Part shown: positions 38,526 to 48,464 of the stretch, piece by piece | Layout: the number at the start of each line of letters is the position of its first letter | How positions within the stretch are numbered: the stretch's first letter is position 1 | Virus genome (UHGV): UHGV-1374396 | Source of the DNA: a virus | Strand: one strand, 5' to 3' | Length of the DNA: 64,000 nucleotides | Notes under the pieces: generated by a model | Told to the model about the DNA's origin: nothing | The model's database searches: none | The model's input: the letters and a program-made list of their open reading frames with translations, nothing else | Program-made: the position numbers and the translations under genes

Positions 38526-40070
38526 TTACTCAGCCTTATAACGCTGTTTGTTACGCATAATTGAAGAGACAGCTTCCTTGGTGTCCTTTACATCACCGCT
38601 GTTTTCTTCGTTCTTGGTAGTTTCTGGGTCTGGGTCTGAAACTGAAGATGCTCTACTAACGTCTTTAGAACCGCAGCTAGAGCAGTGCAATGGGAATAGC
38701 TCTTCCAATCTTGCTTCATAAGATTTGTTTAATGCTTCCAATTGAGCAGCTCCTGTTGTTTCACTGTTGAGCATTGTAAGGATAGGGTCATTCTCATCGA
38801 ATTTATCACCTTGCATCTTACGGTAGTTTGCTACAGATGTTTCACGAAGTTTAGTGATGTAAGTTGTTCCAAGTTCTGCCTTAGCAGAAAGAGATACTTT
38901 CTCAGCTTCAAGGTTTGTTACTTTCTCAGTTAGAGAAGCCTTTTCAGCTTCAAGGTTTGTTACTTTCTCTGATAAGCTTGCCTTCTCAGAGACCATGTTA
39001 GAAATAAGAGAAAGGGCTTCATCTACTGAAGCTTCTTTGCCCTCCGAAAGGACAAGCATATCTTTTCCGAAAAGCTTATCCAAGAATTCTTGAAGTTCTT
39101 TGTTCATTTGTGAATTACTTGTTGTTTGTGTATTAATATTATTATTATTATTATTAACTGGAGTATCGTTGTTTTTCTCTTGATAATAATCAGTATCTTG
39201 CTTCATATCAAAGAAAAAATAATCCTTTGCCTTATTATCAGAATACTCACTGAATGAGTTCCAGGTCTTATGAGCAAAGCCTGGGTTTACTATCTGTCCG
39301 TCTTCTCCAACCTTTTGAGCAAAACTATCTGCTCCATGTGATACTAGGGATGTTTCTAGATATCTTACGATGTCAGTAGCTATACGACATATTAAGTTAC
39401 CTTTTTCATCATAGGTACCTAATCTGTTATAGAATTCAGCATCACTAAGTTGTGGGTGAGATTTTTCCCATCTAAACTGTACAGTTACTGAATTACTATG
39501 AATTGATGGTGGGTCCATTAGTATACCTCTTGCTATACGAGGATTAGCCTTACCATCGATTTTAAGTACTCCATTTATACCGGCAGGAATTTTAAAACCG
39601 TCATTGGTTTCATAGGCTTCTTGCCATAATACTTTAGATACAGCTCCGATAGCATTACCAACATCTGTACTGTGGTCACAGTTAACTGTTTGGCCAAGTA
39701 ACATTTTCATTGAGTTGCGTAGTACACCGTTCTTACTAAAGTCTGTAGGGTTGTAATTCTTAGATACTACCGTAGCAGATAGTAATCTAAACATTGGTGT
39801 AATAAACTCCTTATCCTGAGGAGTAAGATCTTTTACATCTAAGTCAGGATAATAAGTATGGTAATTGAGTGAATTACCGAATAAACCAAATGATTGAACC
39901 GATTCTTTGCTGGCTTCTCTCCAAGAAAAGAGGTTCTCATTTAGTTTTAGTAGGTTCTCATCGTCATTATTAACATTATCAGGTATATCACCTAACATGA
40001 TTGTATGACCTTGGCCAATCACCATCTGAGATAGATGACTGGTGTTTTTACTAGTTATTGGCTTTGTCAT
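38526..40070 (-). CDS. prohead protease/scaffolding fusion candidate
   Basis: 514 aa. Globular N-terminal ~300 aa, then an Asn-rich linker (NNNNNNINTQTT), then a coiled-coil with near-identical heptad repeats KASLSEKVTNLEAEKASLTEKVTNLEAEKVSLSAK. Sits between portal and capsid-candidate genes. Confidence 0.4.
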   Translation of the reverse strand: MTKPITSKNTSHLSQMVIGQGHTIMLGDIPDNVNNDDENLLKLNENLFSWREASKESVQSFGLFGNSLNYHTYYPDLDVKDLTPQDKEFITPMFRLLSATVVSKNYNPTDFSKNGVLRNSMKMLLGQTVNCDHSTDVGNAIGAVSKVLWQEAYETNDGFKIPAGINGVLKIDGKANPRIARGILMDPPSIHSNSVTVQFRWEKSHPQLSDAEFYNRLGTYDEKGNLICRIATDIVRYLETSLVSHGADSFAQKVGEDGQIVNPGFAHKTWNSFSEYSDNKAKDYFFFDMKQDTDYYQEKNNDTPVNNNNNNINTQTTSNSQMNKELQEFLDKLFGKDMLVLSEGKEASVDEALSLISNMVSEKASLSEKVTNLEAEKASLTEKVTNLEAEKVSLSAKAELGTTYITKLRETSVANYRKMQGDKFDENDPILTMLNSETTGAAQLEALNKSYEARLEELFPLHCSSCGSKDVSRASSVSDPDPETTKNEENSGDVKDTKEAVSSIMRNKQRYKAE

Positions 40071-41536
40071 CTTGTTTTTATATTTTGGTCACCTCTTTTA
40101 GGGTTGATTTTTGACTTATCTCTTTGTCTACGAGCAGATTTGTTTTTGGTATCCTTATCACTATCTTCATCTATGCCTTGTTTAGTACCAGCCTGTTGGT
40201 CTATTGGAACTCGAGGTTCATCTTGGTCTGGTGTATCATAACCCATAGCTTGGGCATACTGTTGAAGTGAAATAATACCATCTCTGTATAGAGCATTAAG
40301 ATTCTGTACCTTATATTGGTTCGCTTGTTGAATCTTTACATCATCTGATACAGTGGCAGGATACCATATAATAGATATGCCTTTTGGATTAAATCCAGCC
40401 AAAGTAAGTTCTAAATTATATAAGAATTCAAGTACATAACCAATAGTTCTCTGGATATTCTTTAATTGAGCCAGTAGAGTTGATAAACTTACACCAGCTC
40501 CACCTTCTGTATTTGCAGAAGTAACCCCGATAAGTGAACTGTTAATACCTAAACCATTAGCAACTGATTGTTGGTTCATAGTCCAGGGTACATCTAAGTT
40601 AGCCATATCCTTAGTAGTAGAGTTTAGCTTAAACTCATGGTCATCTTTGTAACCAACTACTAAACCATCTTTCATACCTTCTTTTAGACGTAACTTCATT
40701 TTCTTAAGTTCTCTATCTAATCTGGCCTGATATCTGGGGATATTCTCATTTGGTTGAATGTCTGGTTTTTCCATCAAAGCTTCCATGAAACCTAACATAC
40801 CCGCATTTTCCATGATATGTTTCATGTTCACTTTCATATCTGATTGGGTCTTAAGAGAATCTAAAGCAGACATGAAAGGTGGTATACCGTAAGGTTCATC
40901 CGTATCATTAATATAACCAACATACTTGTAAGTACGGGTATTTAATTTTATAAAAGCTTTATCAGGGTCTGTTTGACCAATATTTCTTTGATATGGTTGG
41001 TATACACCATCATTTTCTCTTTTGAAAACAATGTTATCAGGGTTTACAAATACTATGGTAGATAAGCCATCTAAATTAGAATTAGGTACACCTTCTACTG
41101 ATAGTGAACCACTTACCATTAGTTGTACTGCCATCTTATTTACATAACCATCTATACCTGCCATACAGTTTGACCATCTTTTAGTTTTATCTGAAAGATG
41201 ATCTCTCATTAAATCTGCTTCTCTATCCGTATTGTTTGGAAACTGTACTCTATGTCCAGTATTGGTTAACTGGAACATATCTTGTAAAGCTTTTCCAACA
41301 TCAGGGTTAACCTTATAGAGATCTCTGATAAGTTTTATTATCTCAACTCTAAAAGAAGGTTTAACAGTTTTAACAAAGTCTGTTAGCATTAGATTATTAC
41401 TACTAACAGAATCATCTGGTACTGATACTCTACCAGGCTCCACACTAGTAATAGAGGGTTTCTTCACAGGCCTTTCCTTTTGGATTGGAGGAGTACGCCC
41501 TCTATTTACCGTTATGTTATAACCGAATATATTCAT
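40067..41536 (-). CDS. portal protein candidate
   Basis: 489-aa ORF immediately downstream of the large terminase gene; charged C-terminal tail. Confidence 0.5.
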   Translation of the reverse strand: MNIFGYNITVNRGRTPPIQKERPVKKPSITSVEPGRVSVPDDSVSSNNLMLTDFVKTVKPSFRVEIIKLIRDLYKVNPDVGKALQDMFQLTNTGHRVQFPNNTDREADLMRDHLSDKTKRWSNCMAGIDGYVNKMAVQLMVSGSLSVEGVPNSNLDGLSTIVFVNPDNIVFKRENDGVYQPYQRNIGQTDPDKAFIKLNTRTYKYVGYINDTDEPYGIPPFMSALDSLKTQSDMKVNMKHIMENAGMLGFMEALMEKPDIQPNENIPRYQARLDRELKKMKLRLKEGMKDGLVVGYKDDHEFKLNSTTKDMANLDVPWTMNQQSVANGLGINSSLIGVTSANTEGGAGVSLSTLLAQLKNIQRTIGYVLEFLYNLELTLAGFNPKGISIIWYPATVSDDVKIQQANQYKVQNLNALYRDGIISLQQYAQAMGYDTPDQDEPRVPIDQQAGTKQGIDEDSDKDTKNKSARRQRDKSKINPKRGDQNIKTR

Positions 41537-41587
41537 ATCTTTAACTAATTATATTATTCTATAGTGATTTAACTACATCGTTTTGCA

Positions 41588-43090
41588 TTATATTGGTGAT
41601 ATGACAGTGTTACTTTTACCTTTACGAATGTGGTTAGTTATAGCTTTACCCATAATATCATCATCAGCAAATACATCTTCTGATAAGGCATCTTCTCCTT
41701 CAGAGTTAGATTTATGTTTACCCATAGCTACCGGTCTATTGAAACTATCATAGATGAAGGTTTTGGATTCGTATATAAAGAAAGGGTCTTTTACGATTAT
41801 GTTATCATTTCTTATATCTTCCTCTAAACCATTTATAATAACAGATCTGTTTTTTGCAGTAGTAAGCCAACCTGGAGCCTTATCAACTTCGGGTCTGGTT
41901 TTACCCTTTTTCTTAATCATTTTCTGATAGTAGTACAACCTTGGGTAACCTTCAGTCTGTAACATTGATGTTACAGCTAAACCTACGTCATTAGATTCTG
42001 GTGCTAGAGTAGCCCAGTTAAATAATTGACCAGTATCACCTAATAGTCTAGCATATTTTTCAATTGGCATTCTACCTTTATATACTGCATTCTCTTCACC
42101 ATCTTTATCCATACAGGTAAATGATGAGTAGTCGGAAGCTCTACCAGTTGCAACGTCTGCTCCTATAAAATAAGATTTAGTTTCGTCTGGTAAATTGAAT
42201 TGTAAATACTGACCGTTATATCTACGTTTTATTACTGGGTATTCTGATAGACAATCTTCGATAGCTTTGATATCCATCAAATCAAATACTGAGTTACCAG
42301 AACTAAGGAAGTCTCCATCAATCTCTTGGGCAGTACGTTTTGGTCCAAGGTTTTTTGACATAACATTATACCATTCCTGGTCACGTTCTGGGTGCATTTC
42401 CCAGAAAAGACGTATAGCATTAAAGTTATTACCTCCAGATATTGCATCTTGCCAAGTCTTATAATAGAAGCCTTGAGAACCGTATGGTGTACTGTTAACA
42501 ATAGCACTACCTCCAGTAGATAGTGTTGGTAGAGCTGCTGCCCAAATTTGACCTGCCCATCTTACAATAGCGGCTTCGTCTATAACCAATAGAGATAGTG
42601 ATTCAGAACGACCTGCTTCAGAAGATGTTGGAATTGATTCTATAAATGAACCATTCGCAAATTCAATCATTGAAGAACTACCATACTCACCTGGACGACC
42701 GTTTGTAATGGGTACCTGCATATACCAAGGTAAGTTCTTGTACATGAACTTGATCTTCTTAAGTACTTTCTTAGCAGTAGTATCTTTAATAGATATAATA
42801 TTTACCTTCTTATTGGGATGGTACATTGTTAACCAAAGACAATATGCCGATATAAGCTCAGTAATACCAGCCTGTCTAAACTTGAGTATGATGTTGAATC
42901 TCTGTAAGACAAACTGGTATAAAACTGATTTTTGATAAGGGTATAGGTCGAATCTAACCTTACCTCTTACCGGGTGTATAAGCCATAAGAATTGTGTAAA
43001 ATAGAATACATCTTTACTAACTTTAGCTAAGTTTGATATCTCATCTTTGGTAAGACCTTGTGTTGAAGTATCAATTTTTATTTTAGCCAT
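41588..43090 (-). CDS. terminase large subunit
   Basis: N-terminal ATPase: P-loop-like LKFRQAGITE; Walker B LSLLVIDEAAIV; 500 aa; followed by the portal-candidate gene. Confidence 0.7.
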   Translation of the reverse strand: MAKIKIDTSTQGLTKDEISNLAKVSKDVFYFTQFLWLIHPVRGKVRFDLYPYQKSVLYQFVLQRFNIILKFRQAGITELISAYCLWLTMYHPNKKVNIISIKDTTAKKVLKKIKFMYKNLPWYMQVPITNGRPGEYGSSSMIEFANGSFIESIPTSSEAGRSESLSLLVIDEAAIVRWAGQIWAAALPTLSTGGSAIVNSTPYGSQGFYYKTWQDAISGGNNFNAIRLFWEMHPERDQEWYNVMSKNLGPKRTAQEIDGDFLSSGNSVFDLMDIKAIEDCLSEYPVIKRRYNGQYLQFNLPDETKSYFIGADVATGRASDYSSFTCMDKDGEENAVYKGRMPIEKYARLLGDTGQLFNWATLAPESNDVGLAVTSMLQTEGYPRLYYYQKMIKKKGKTRPEVDKAPGWLTTAKNRSVIINGLEEDIRNDNIIVKDPFFIYESKTFIYDSFNRPVAMGKHKSNSEGEDALSEDVFADDDIMGKAITNHIRKGKSNTVISPI

Positions 43091-43944
43091 TTGTTGAATT
43101 TATAAGTAACTTCTACTTGTATATCTGTATAAATATTTTTCTCTAATCGAGGATCTCTGTTTAATGAAATACCCAGGTTATAATCTAACCGCCTAGTCTT
43201 GAAGGAAATTCCCGGTGTTATAGATAATGATTTCGAAAATACATTATACCGTACTGAAGTAAAAGGTTGTACATATAGGTAGCTAGATTTATTTCTAGTT
43301 AAACCGTTTGGAGTCCAATTGTATTTATAACGTTCAAAATCAACTGAGTAATCTTTGGTTTGATATACATCAGCTGATTTGTTATAACTAGTGAATTGTA
43401 TGTTATTCCGATTTAATAGTACCTGAACTAAAGAATCCTTTGTGGGGCTAAAGTTACCAAAATCTGTAGATGTAAAATCTCTGAAGTAATAATCCTGTGG
43501 AAAATCTCTATTGACCTGTTTACTATGAATGTTACTATCTACGACTTTAAAGCTATTACTTGAAGATGGCAAATCAGAATTACTACTTCCAGATTTGATA
43601 TCTTTAGTACCCCAATAAAGGATCTTTGTTGGCATCATCGTTTGACTGTACTTAGGGATCTCTTTAAAACTATCTTCTGTGGTATGTATCTTAGTTTCCT
43701 GTTCTACAACTTTGGAAGAATTGTTTTCCTTAGTTTTAGTTACAACGACTACTGAAGTAGGATTTAACTTCGGTTGATAAGCTGTTAACTGTTTGCTAAG
43801 TGAATAATTCCTGAAGCAAAGATATATAGTTACTCCAAGTAAAATCATGATGATAGAATTCTTGAGAAAATCTCTTAAATTTGAACCAACATATCTTCCC
43901 TCATCTGAGTAGTATCTATGTATGTACTTTTTTAGTTTCTTCAT
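43078..43944 (-). CDS. hypothetical protein with N-terminal TM anchor (288 aa)
   Basis: IIMILLGVTIYLCF hydrophobic segment after a basic N-terminus; overlaps the terminase start by 13 nt. Confidence 0.45.
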   Translation of the reverse strand: MKKLKKYIHRYYSDEGRYVGSNLRDFLKNSIIMILLGVTIYLCFRNYSLSKQLTAYQPKLNPTSVVVVTKTKENNSSKVVEQETKIHTTEDSFKEIPKYSQTMMPTKILYWGTKDIKSGSSNSDLPSSSNSFKVVDSNIHSKQVNRDFPQDYYFRDFTSTDFGNFSPTKDSLVQVLLNRNNIQFTSYNKSADVYQTKDYSVDFERYKYNWTPNGLTRNKSSYLYVQPFTSVRYNVFSKSLSITPGISFKTRRLDYNLGISLNRDPRLEKNIYTDIQVEVTYKFNKWLK

Positions 43945-43966
43945 ATTATTTCAATTACTGTTCACT

Positions 43967-43985
43967 AAAACAGCCTGGCTGTTTT
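43967..43985. terminator. bidirectional intrinsic terminator AAAACAGCC-T-GGCTGTTTT
   Basis: Perfect 7-bp GC-rich stem flanked by A4 on one side and T4 on the other, between genes ending at 44019 and starting at 43944. Confidence 0.55.
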
Positions 43986-44018
43986 AGTCTAAACGAGGCG
44001 TAGCCGAGTTTAGAAACC

Positions 44019-44297
44019 TTAAACTGTTCTTTTCAAAAGTTCTTTAACTACTGCAGAATCTTCTTGACTAAGATCACTCTTAAGAATGTATATCTTGATA
44101 CTGAATGTATGTCTAGATTCTACAGTTTCAAACTTAACCTTAAAACCATCAACCAATAGTTTCATGGTTTTATACAACTTCTTAAGTGTTTCAGTTGTTA
44201 AGTAACTTTTAGAGAATATCTCTCTTGTAAATTCTGATTTATCCATATTCTTGTTCTTTGTTTGTAAACATATAGTTCCTTGGTAGCTAGAAGGCAA
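44019..44297 (-). CDS. hypothetical protein (92 aa)
   Basis: ORF followed by terminator hairpin. Confidence 0.4.
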   Translation of the reverse strand: MPSSYQGTICLQTKNKNMDKSEFTREIFSKSYLTTETLKKLYKTMKLLVDGFKVKFETVESRHTFSIKIYILKSDLSQEDSAVVKELLKRTV

Positions 44298-44347
44298 CCT
44301 TAATAACTCTAGGTACCTTTCAAAAGTTGAAAGTTAGTACTAGTTTT

Positions 44348-44396
44348 AAAGCTACGTAGTTCAGTTTTTAAGCTAAAATACTACACGTAGCTTTTT
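44348..44396 (+). terminator. plus-oriented intrinsic-terminator-like hairpin (AAAGCTACGT-N27-ACGTAGCTTT followed by TTT)
   Basis: 10-bp stem followed by a T-run on the plus strand only; no plus-strand ORF upstream. Confidence 0.35.
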
Positions 44397-44494
44397 CAAA
44401 AAGTTGTAAAAAAGGCTACTTTTTGCCAAGAGCTAGGCATACATAACTAGTTCATTATCAATTAGTTACGAAGAAAACGGAGCGGCAAGCGAAT

Positions 44495-44529
44495 TAAGAC
44501 TTGAATTACTTTAGTAATTCTAAGTCTTA
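44495..44529. other. imperfect 16-bp-arm palindrome TAAGACTTGAATTACT-TT-AGTAATTCTAAGTCTTA
   Basis: Seen directly in the noncoding spacer. Confidence 0.5.
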
Positions 44530-44583
44530 TAACCTATACCTTATACGTTATTAGTTACCAGATAACGTTATTATGCTATATAT

Positions 44584-44639
44584 AAAAAAAGAAAAAAAGG
44601 TATATATTTATATATATATACCCAAAAAAAGAAAAAAAA
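44584..44639. repeat. direct repeat AAAAAAAGAAAAAAA x2 flanking a (TA)n tract
   Basis: Copies at 44584-44598 and 44624-44639 with GGTATATATTTATATATATATACCC between them. Confidence 0.7.
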
Positions 44640-44667
44640 TACAATACCCGGCTCTAGAGACGAAAGG

Positions 44668-45699
44668 CTAACGATTAAGGCAATTGATGAACCATAAACC
44701 CACTTCGTACACAGAGCCCTTTGCTAAGGCATACCTTGCCTTATTGAGGTAGTAATTGTAATTCGATGTATTCATGTAAACCTTAAACTCATTCGGAAAG
44801 CCCATTATGTTTTTGAAGTCCTTAATCCCAATAGGCCAACCATCAGGTCTAAATTGCCTATCTGCAGGTCTTAAGGTTAATGGAGCCTTATCCCATTCCA
44901 ATCTGTAAACTCCAGGTAATGTTGACATCTTAGCTGTTTTGATTGGCCACTTCTTTTCATGTTTGAAATCATTAACCCAAAGGTCATGTATCTGACCTAC
45001 ACTGAGATTAATCTTCTTTGGGAGTTTACGGTAGTCATACATTGCAAGTACTTTATCTGACTTCGGTATCCAGTTACAGGACTCATTGATGTTAGAACAT
45101 AAGTCTAAGTCCATAACTAGAGGTTCTAATACACCTTTGGTATCTTTCAAACTATTAACTTTAAACAACGTATCAAATTTGTTCAACAGCTTTGCTTTCT
45201 TCTTAAGCACTCCAACTATTACTAAACGTTTTCTAGATAGTTGAGAATTACCAAACTCGGATACTGAACAACAATGATAGATTAGTTTATACTCAGGTAA
45301 TGATTCTTCAAAGTAAGTCTTAGGTAGTAGACTTAATAATCTGGGTAGATTCTCTAAAAGAAACATCTTAGGTTTGAAATGATTGATAGCTTCTAATACT
45401 AGATTCAAACTCTTATTCTTCTCGGGTTTACCAAGTTGTTTAACCTTTGAAAGTCTCATAATAGAAGATGCTCCACAGTCTGGAGAACTAACTATTACAT
45501 CAACTTTCTTATCAATCACATCTTCTAAGTTTCTTGTAAACAATGAACTACCAAAGTTACCTTTCCATTGTTCTTCTTTCTTAGTATGAAATACTGCTCT
45601 TGGTTCTACGTTACCAATGATATTATGTTTAGCCAGTTTCCAAGGGAATAATAAAGCTCCCTGACCAGCTGATACACCTAAAACGTTATACTTTCTCAT
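44668..45699 (-). CDS. DNA C5-cytosine methyltransferase-like protein
   Basis: Motif I-like LGVSAGQGA; motif IV-like IVSSPDCGASS (catalytic Cys present, PDC instead of PCQ); motif VI LLENLP (ENV-like); motif VIII QLSRKRLVIVG (Q.R.R...G). Confidence 0.55.
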   Translation of the reverse strand: MRKYNVLGVSAGQGALLFPWKLAKHNIIGNVEPRAVFHTKKEEQWKGNFGSSLFTRNLEDVIDKKVDVIVSSPDCGASSIMRLSKVKQLGKPEKNKSLNLVLEAINHFKPKMFLLENLPRLLSLLPKTYFEESLPEYKLIYHCCSVSEFGNSQLSRKRLVIVGVLKKKAKLLNKFDTLFKVNSLKDTKGVLEPLVMDLDLCSNINESCNWIPKSDKVLAMYDYRKLPKKINLSVGQIHDLWVNDFKHEKKWPIKTAKMSTLPGVYRLEWDKAPLTLRPADRQFRPDGWPIGIKDFKNIMGFPNEFKVYMNTSNYNYYLNKARYALAKGSVYEVGLWFINCLNR

Positions 45700-46292
45700 C
45701 CTGGAAATTGTTTTACGAACTGATTATAAGCTGCCTGTAATTTAGTATCATAACTATTTTGTTTATAACCCGGTCCATTATATCTTCTAGCAAATTCTGA
45801 CCACTGTCTAGTGTTCAAATACTTAATAATACCAGTAGTATTAAGAAAATTAATCAATAACTCTAGCTGGTTATCTTCTGATTGGGTGTTTAGGTTTACA
45901 AACTCATCAACGTTTTTACATTTACAAGCGGCATAATTTAGGCCCATTATTTGGAATAATCCCCAACTAGCAGATTTTAATGCTGCCTCCCTATCAATAA
46001 CCATAGCTCTTTTAAGACGTGTCCATTCTAATTCTCCGCCTTTGTACTTAGCTTTATTCCATGTAGGATACACTATATCGGGTTCGGTTTTTAACAGTCT
46101 TTGTAAGTCTTTATTACCTTTCTTCTTCAACTCTGCATAAAACACATGGCCTTCAAATAGTATTTTACAACGTTTTGAGGGTAAAAATCCACCTCCAACT
46201 CCTGATTCTACCAGTTTTACAGCTAGCAATGATGCTGGATGTATACCGTGTTGTCTAGCAATTTCTGCTATTCGATTATTAGTTAAACTCAT
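45696..46292 (-). CDS. endolysin, N-acetylmuramidase family (PF11860-like)
   Basis: SWGLFQIMGLNYAACKC...VDEFV...QLELLINFL...WSEFARRYNGPGYKQNSYDTKLQAAY matches the muramidase signature (SWG.FQIMG...FAR.YNGP.Y..N.YD.KL). Confidence 0.7.
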   Translation of the reverse strand: MSLTNNRIAEIARQHGIHPASLLAVKLVESGVGGGFLPSKRCKILFEGHVFYAELKKKGNKDLQRLLKTEPDIVYPTWNKAKYKGGELEWTRLKRAMVIDREAALKSASWGLFQIMGLNYAACKCKNVDEFVNLNTQSEDNQLELLINFLNTTGIIKYLNTRQWSEFARRYNGPGYKQNSYDTKLQAAYNQFVKQFPG

Positions 46293-46455
46293 ATACTATA
46301 ATTTTATGTTAATTAATATGTAGAATACAAGGGAGTATTGCTATAAGGCCTGTCTGTTACAGATTTATAGGTAATATTTTCAACGCATTTAGTTAATAAA
46401 CTGTTAAATAGGCTTACAGTAAAGCTACCTCAAGCCGGAGAAAGGTATTTCAAGA

Positions 46456-46487
46456 TTTGCATAATTAAAAAAATATTAGTATATTTG
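46456..46487 (+). promoter_or_regulatory. Bacteroidota-type promoter: TTTG (46456-46459), 20 bp, TATATTTG (46480-46487)
   Basis: Consensus TTTG/TAnnTTTG with canonical spacing, 35 nt upstream of the ATG at 46523. Confidence 0.55.
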
Positions 46488-46522
46488 CAATATAAAATAA
46501 AACAATAATAATTTTATAATTT

Positions 46523-46924
46523 ATGGAGAAAATAAAACTAACAAGTAGAGATCAAGTACTATTCTACGATGGTAAATCAATCATTGAATTAGTATCAGTA
46601 AAGAGTTTAATCAAGGACAGTGATGAAATACTGCTTTCCAATGGGGTTAAAATAAAGATGGAATCCAATAAAACTGGTGATTTCAGAAGAACCGATTATA
46701 AGAGAACTGAATTTAGAAAAGAAGGTTATCTTGGTTTCATTAGAAAATACGAAGAAGGTTCAACTGATAAATACCATCAGTTTTATAATGCTATCTTAGC
46801 TAAGATAGGGTTAAAGGTAAAGCTTAATAAGATAATGAATTTATTAACTTCAACTCCAAATGAGCTTATATTAGATACAGAAAGCCAGGAATATTTAATC
46901 AAACTTAATAAAAAGATAAAGTAA
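46523..46924 (+). CDS. hypothetical protein (133 aa), first gene of plus-strand accessory cassette
   Basis: ORF with promoter match upstream. Confidence 0.5.
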   Translation: MEKIKLTSRDQVLFYDGKSIIELVSVKSLIKDSDEILLSNGVKIKMESNKTGDFRRTDYKRTEFRKEGYLGFIRKYEEGSTDKYHQFYNAILAKIGLKVKLNKIMNLLTSTPNELILDTESQEYLIKLNKKIK

Positions 46925-47102
46925 ATGTACATCATTTTAATAATATACGTAATGTGTTTGCCTATCAGTTTAATGTTACTGGCAAATAGGGATTCACTCC
47001 AAGCAGTAGATAAAAGAGAAAACTCTTTACTGTTATTCTTCAAAATATGGTTAATATCACCATTCTTTATACTCAGAATGATAATCAATAAATTCTTCTA
47101 AT

Positions 47103-47396
47103 ATGTATTTACACTTTAATCACAAAGGTCAGTTTAAGGGTTACTCTCAAAAGGTACCCTTCTGGCTATTCTGGCCAGTTTGGATTTATATAATAGCCTT
47201 TCCTTTATTCCTATTTATAGGAGGTCACTTATTACCATTCATAATATTCTATGCCTGGAATCATATTATAATTCCTTGGGAACCCTGGATAAAGAAAGGC
47301 CCTGATGCTGAATATAGGCTTTGGTTAATAACTATGCTATTGGTTTGCTCATTGCCTTTATGGATATTAACTTTAACTGGGTATTGGTGGCATTAA
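47103..47396 (+). CDS. membrane protein (97 aa, 3 predicted TM)
   Basis: VPFWLFWPVWIYIIAFPLFLFIGGHLLPFIIFYAW and LWLITMLLVCSLPLWILTL segments. Confidence 0.45.
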   Translation: MYLHFNHKGQFKGYSQKVPFWLFWPVWIYIIAFPLFLFIGGHLLPFIIFYAWNHIIIPWEPWIKKGPDAEYRLWLITMLLVCSLPLWILTLTGYWWH

Positions 47397-47434
47397 CCCT
47401 TGCCAGATGTGTAATATAATTTAATTCTAGTAAT

Positions 47435-47704
47435 ATGTATAATCTTATTTGGAATATCTATATAGGTAAATATATTAAAGGTTCTAGTAATACACTCCGG
47501 TTATTATTTAATAAGGATGAATCCGACCCTTTATTCGAGGACATTTGGCCTAACGAATATTTCCTAAGTGGTTCAATCGAATCCATAGAGGAACAGATTA
47601 TCGATATATCTACCAGCTACATTAGGTCCTTAGACCCTTATAATAAGTTAATCGATAGTACTAACATCAACTTTAATTATATCAACGATGAACAAAACCT
47701 TTAA
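47435..47704 (+). CDS. hypothetical protein (89 aa)
   Basis: ORF; its end overlaps the next gene start by 17 nt. Confidence 0.4.
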   Translation: MYNLIWNIYIGKYIKGSSNTLRLLFNKDESDPLFEDIWPNEYFLSGSIESIEEQIIDISTSYIRSLDPYNKLIDSTNINFNYINDEQNL

Positions 47705-48209
47705 TCACTGCGCTATTCCCTTTAACCCTTTTAGTTCTATGGTTAGGGATAGAGAACGTTTAGTAGCAACCAAAATCGGCAATCACCTCAAAGAGATATC
47801 TTTCTTCAGAAAGGTCCTTAATGTTTTCCTTATGCCTTTTTGCACTAGTAGGCAGAAACCTTTGGCTAATCAGATGCTCCAAGATATAGAGCACTTTGAT
47901 ATAGGCTTATCCTATTATCGAGGACGATGGGTAATCACTAATGGATTATACATTACACCTTACACTATGGAGGATGTGCTTAGGGTAATTAGGTTAACCT
48001 TTAAGAATTACCCTTTTAGTATGAGAAATTCAATCGTTACCCTTACCCTAAGATTAGATTATTCCTTTTGTCCTAGAAGGCATATTAGAGTATTATTCGA
48101 TAACTATGTGGAAATACTTACTGCAGAGGGATCCCTAATCTCTAAGGTTGAATATAAATGGAAAGGTAATAATATTATTAAGAGGGTAAGAAGATGGTTT
48201 GGTTATTGA
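47688..48209 (+). CDS. hypothetical protein (173 aa)
   Basis: ORF translationally coupled (overlaps) on both sides. Confidence 0.5.
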   Translation: MNKTFNHCAIPFNPFSSMVRDRERLVATKIGNHLKEISFFRKVLNVFLMPFCTSRQKPLANQMLQDIEHFDIGLSYYRGRWVITNGLYITPYTMEDVLRVIRLTFKNYPFSMRNSIVTLTLRLDYSFCPRRHIRVLFDNYVEILTAEGSLISKVEYKWKGNNIIKRVRRWFGY

Positions 48210-48391
48210 TGGCATTAGGTATATTATTTATCCTATCGTTAAGGGTAATGTTTAGGCTTTACCAGTTGAAGAAATTAGGCTATGGGTTTAGGATTAATTG
48301 GTTCTGGTTTTGGTCTGTATTTATTGCCTTCTATGCTGTATTGGCTGTAATTGTTTTGCTTCATAGGTTCATAGCTTGGTGCCTTGGCTAG
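48194..48391 (+). CDS. small membrane protein (65 aa, 2 TM)
   Basis: WLLMALGILFILSL and FWSVFIAFYAVLAVIVLL helices. Confidence 0.45.
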   Translation: MVWLLMALGILFILSLRVMFRLYQLKKLGYGFRINWFWFWSVFIAFYAVLAVIVLLHRFIAWCLG

Positions 48392-48464
48392 GTACCTCTT
48401 AACATAGGGCCCAAAAACCTGGGGCAGTAAAAACGGGGTACGGTTACCCATTAAAAAAATTAAA

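Noticed and set aside
42277-42507. 76-aa minus ORF nested in the terminase gene
   Set aside because: Out-of-frame internal ORF of the large terminase gene.
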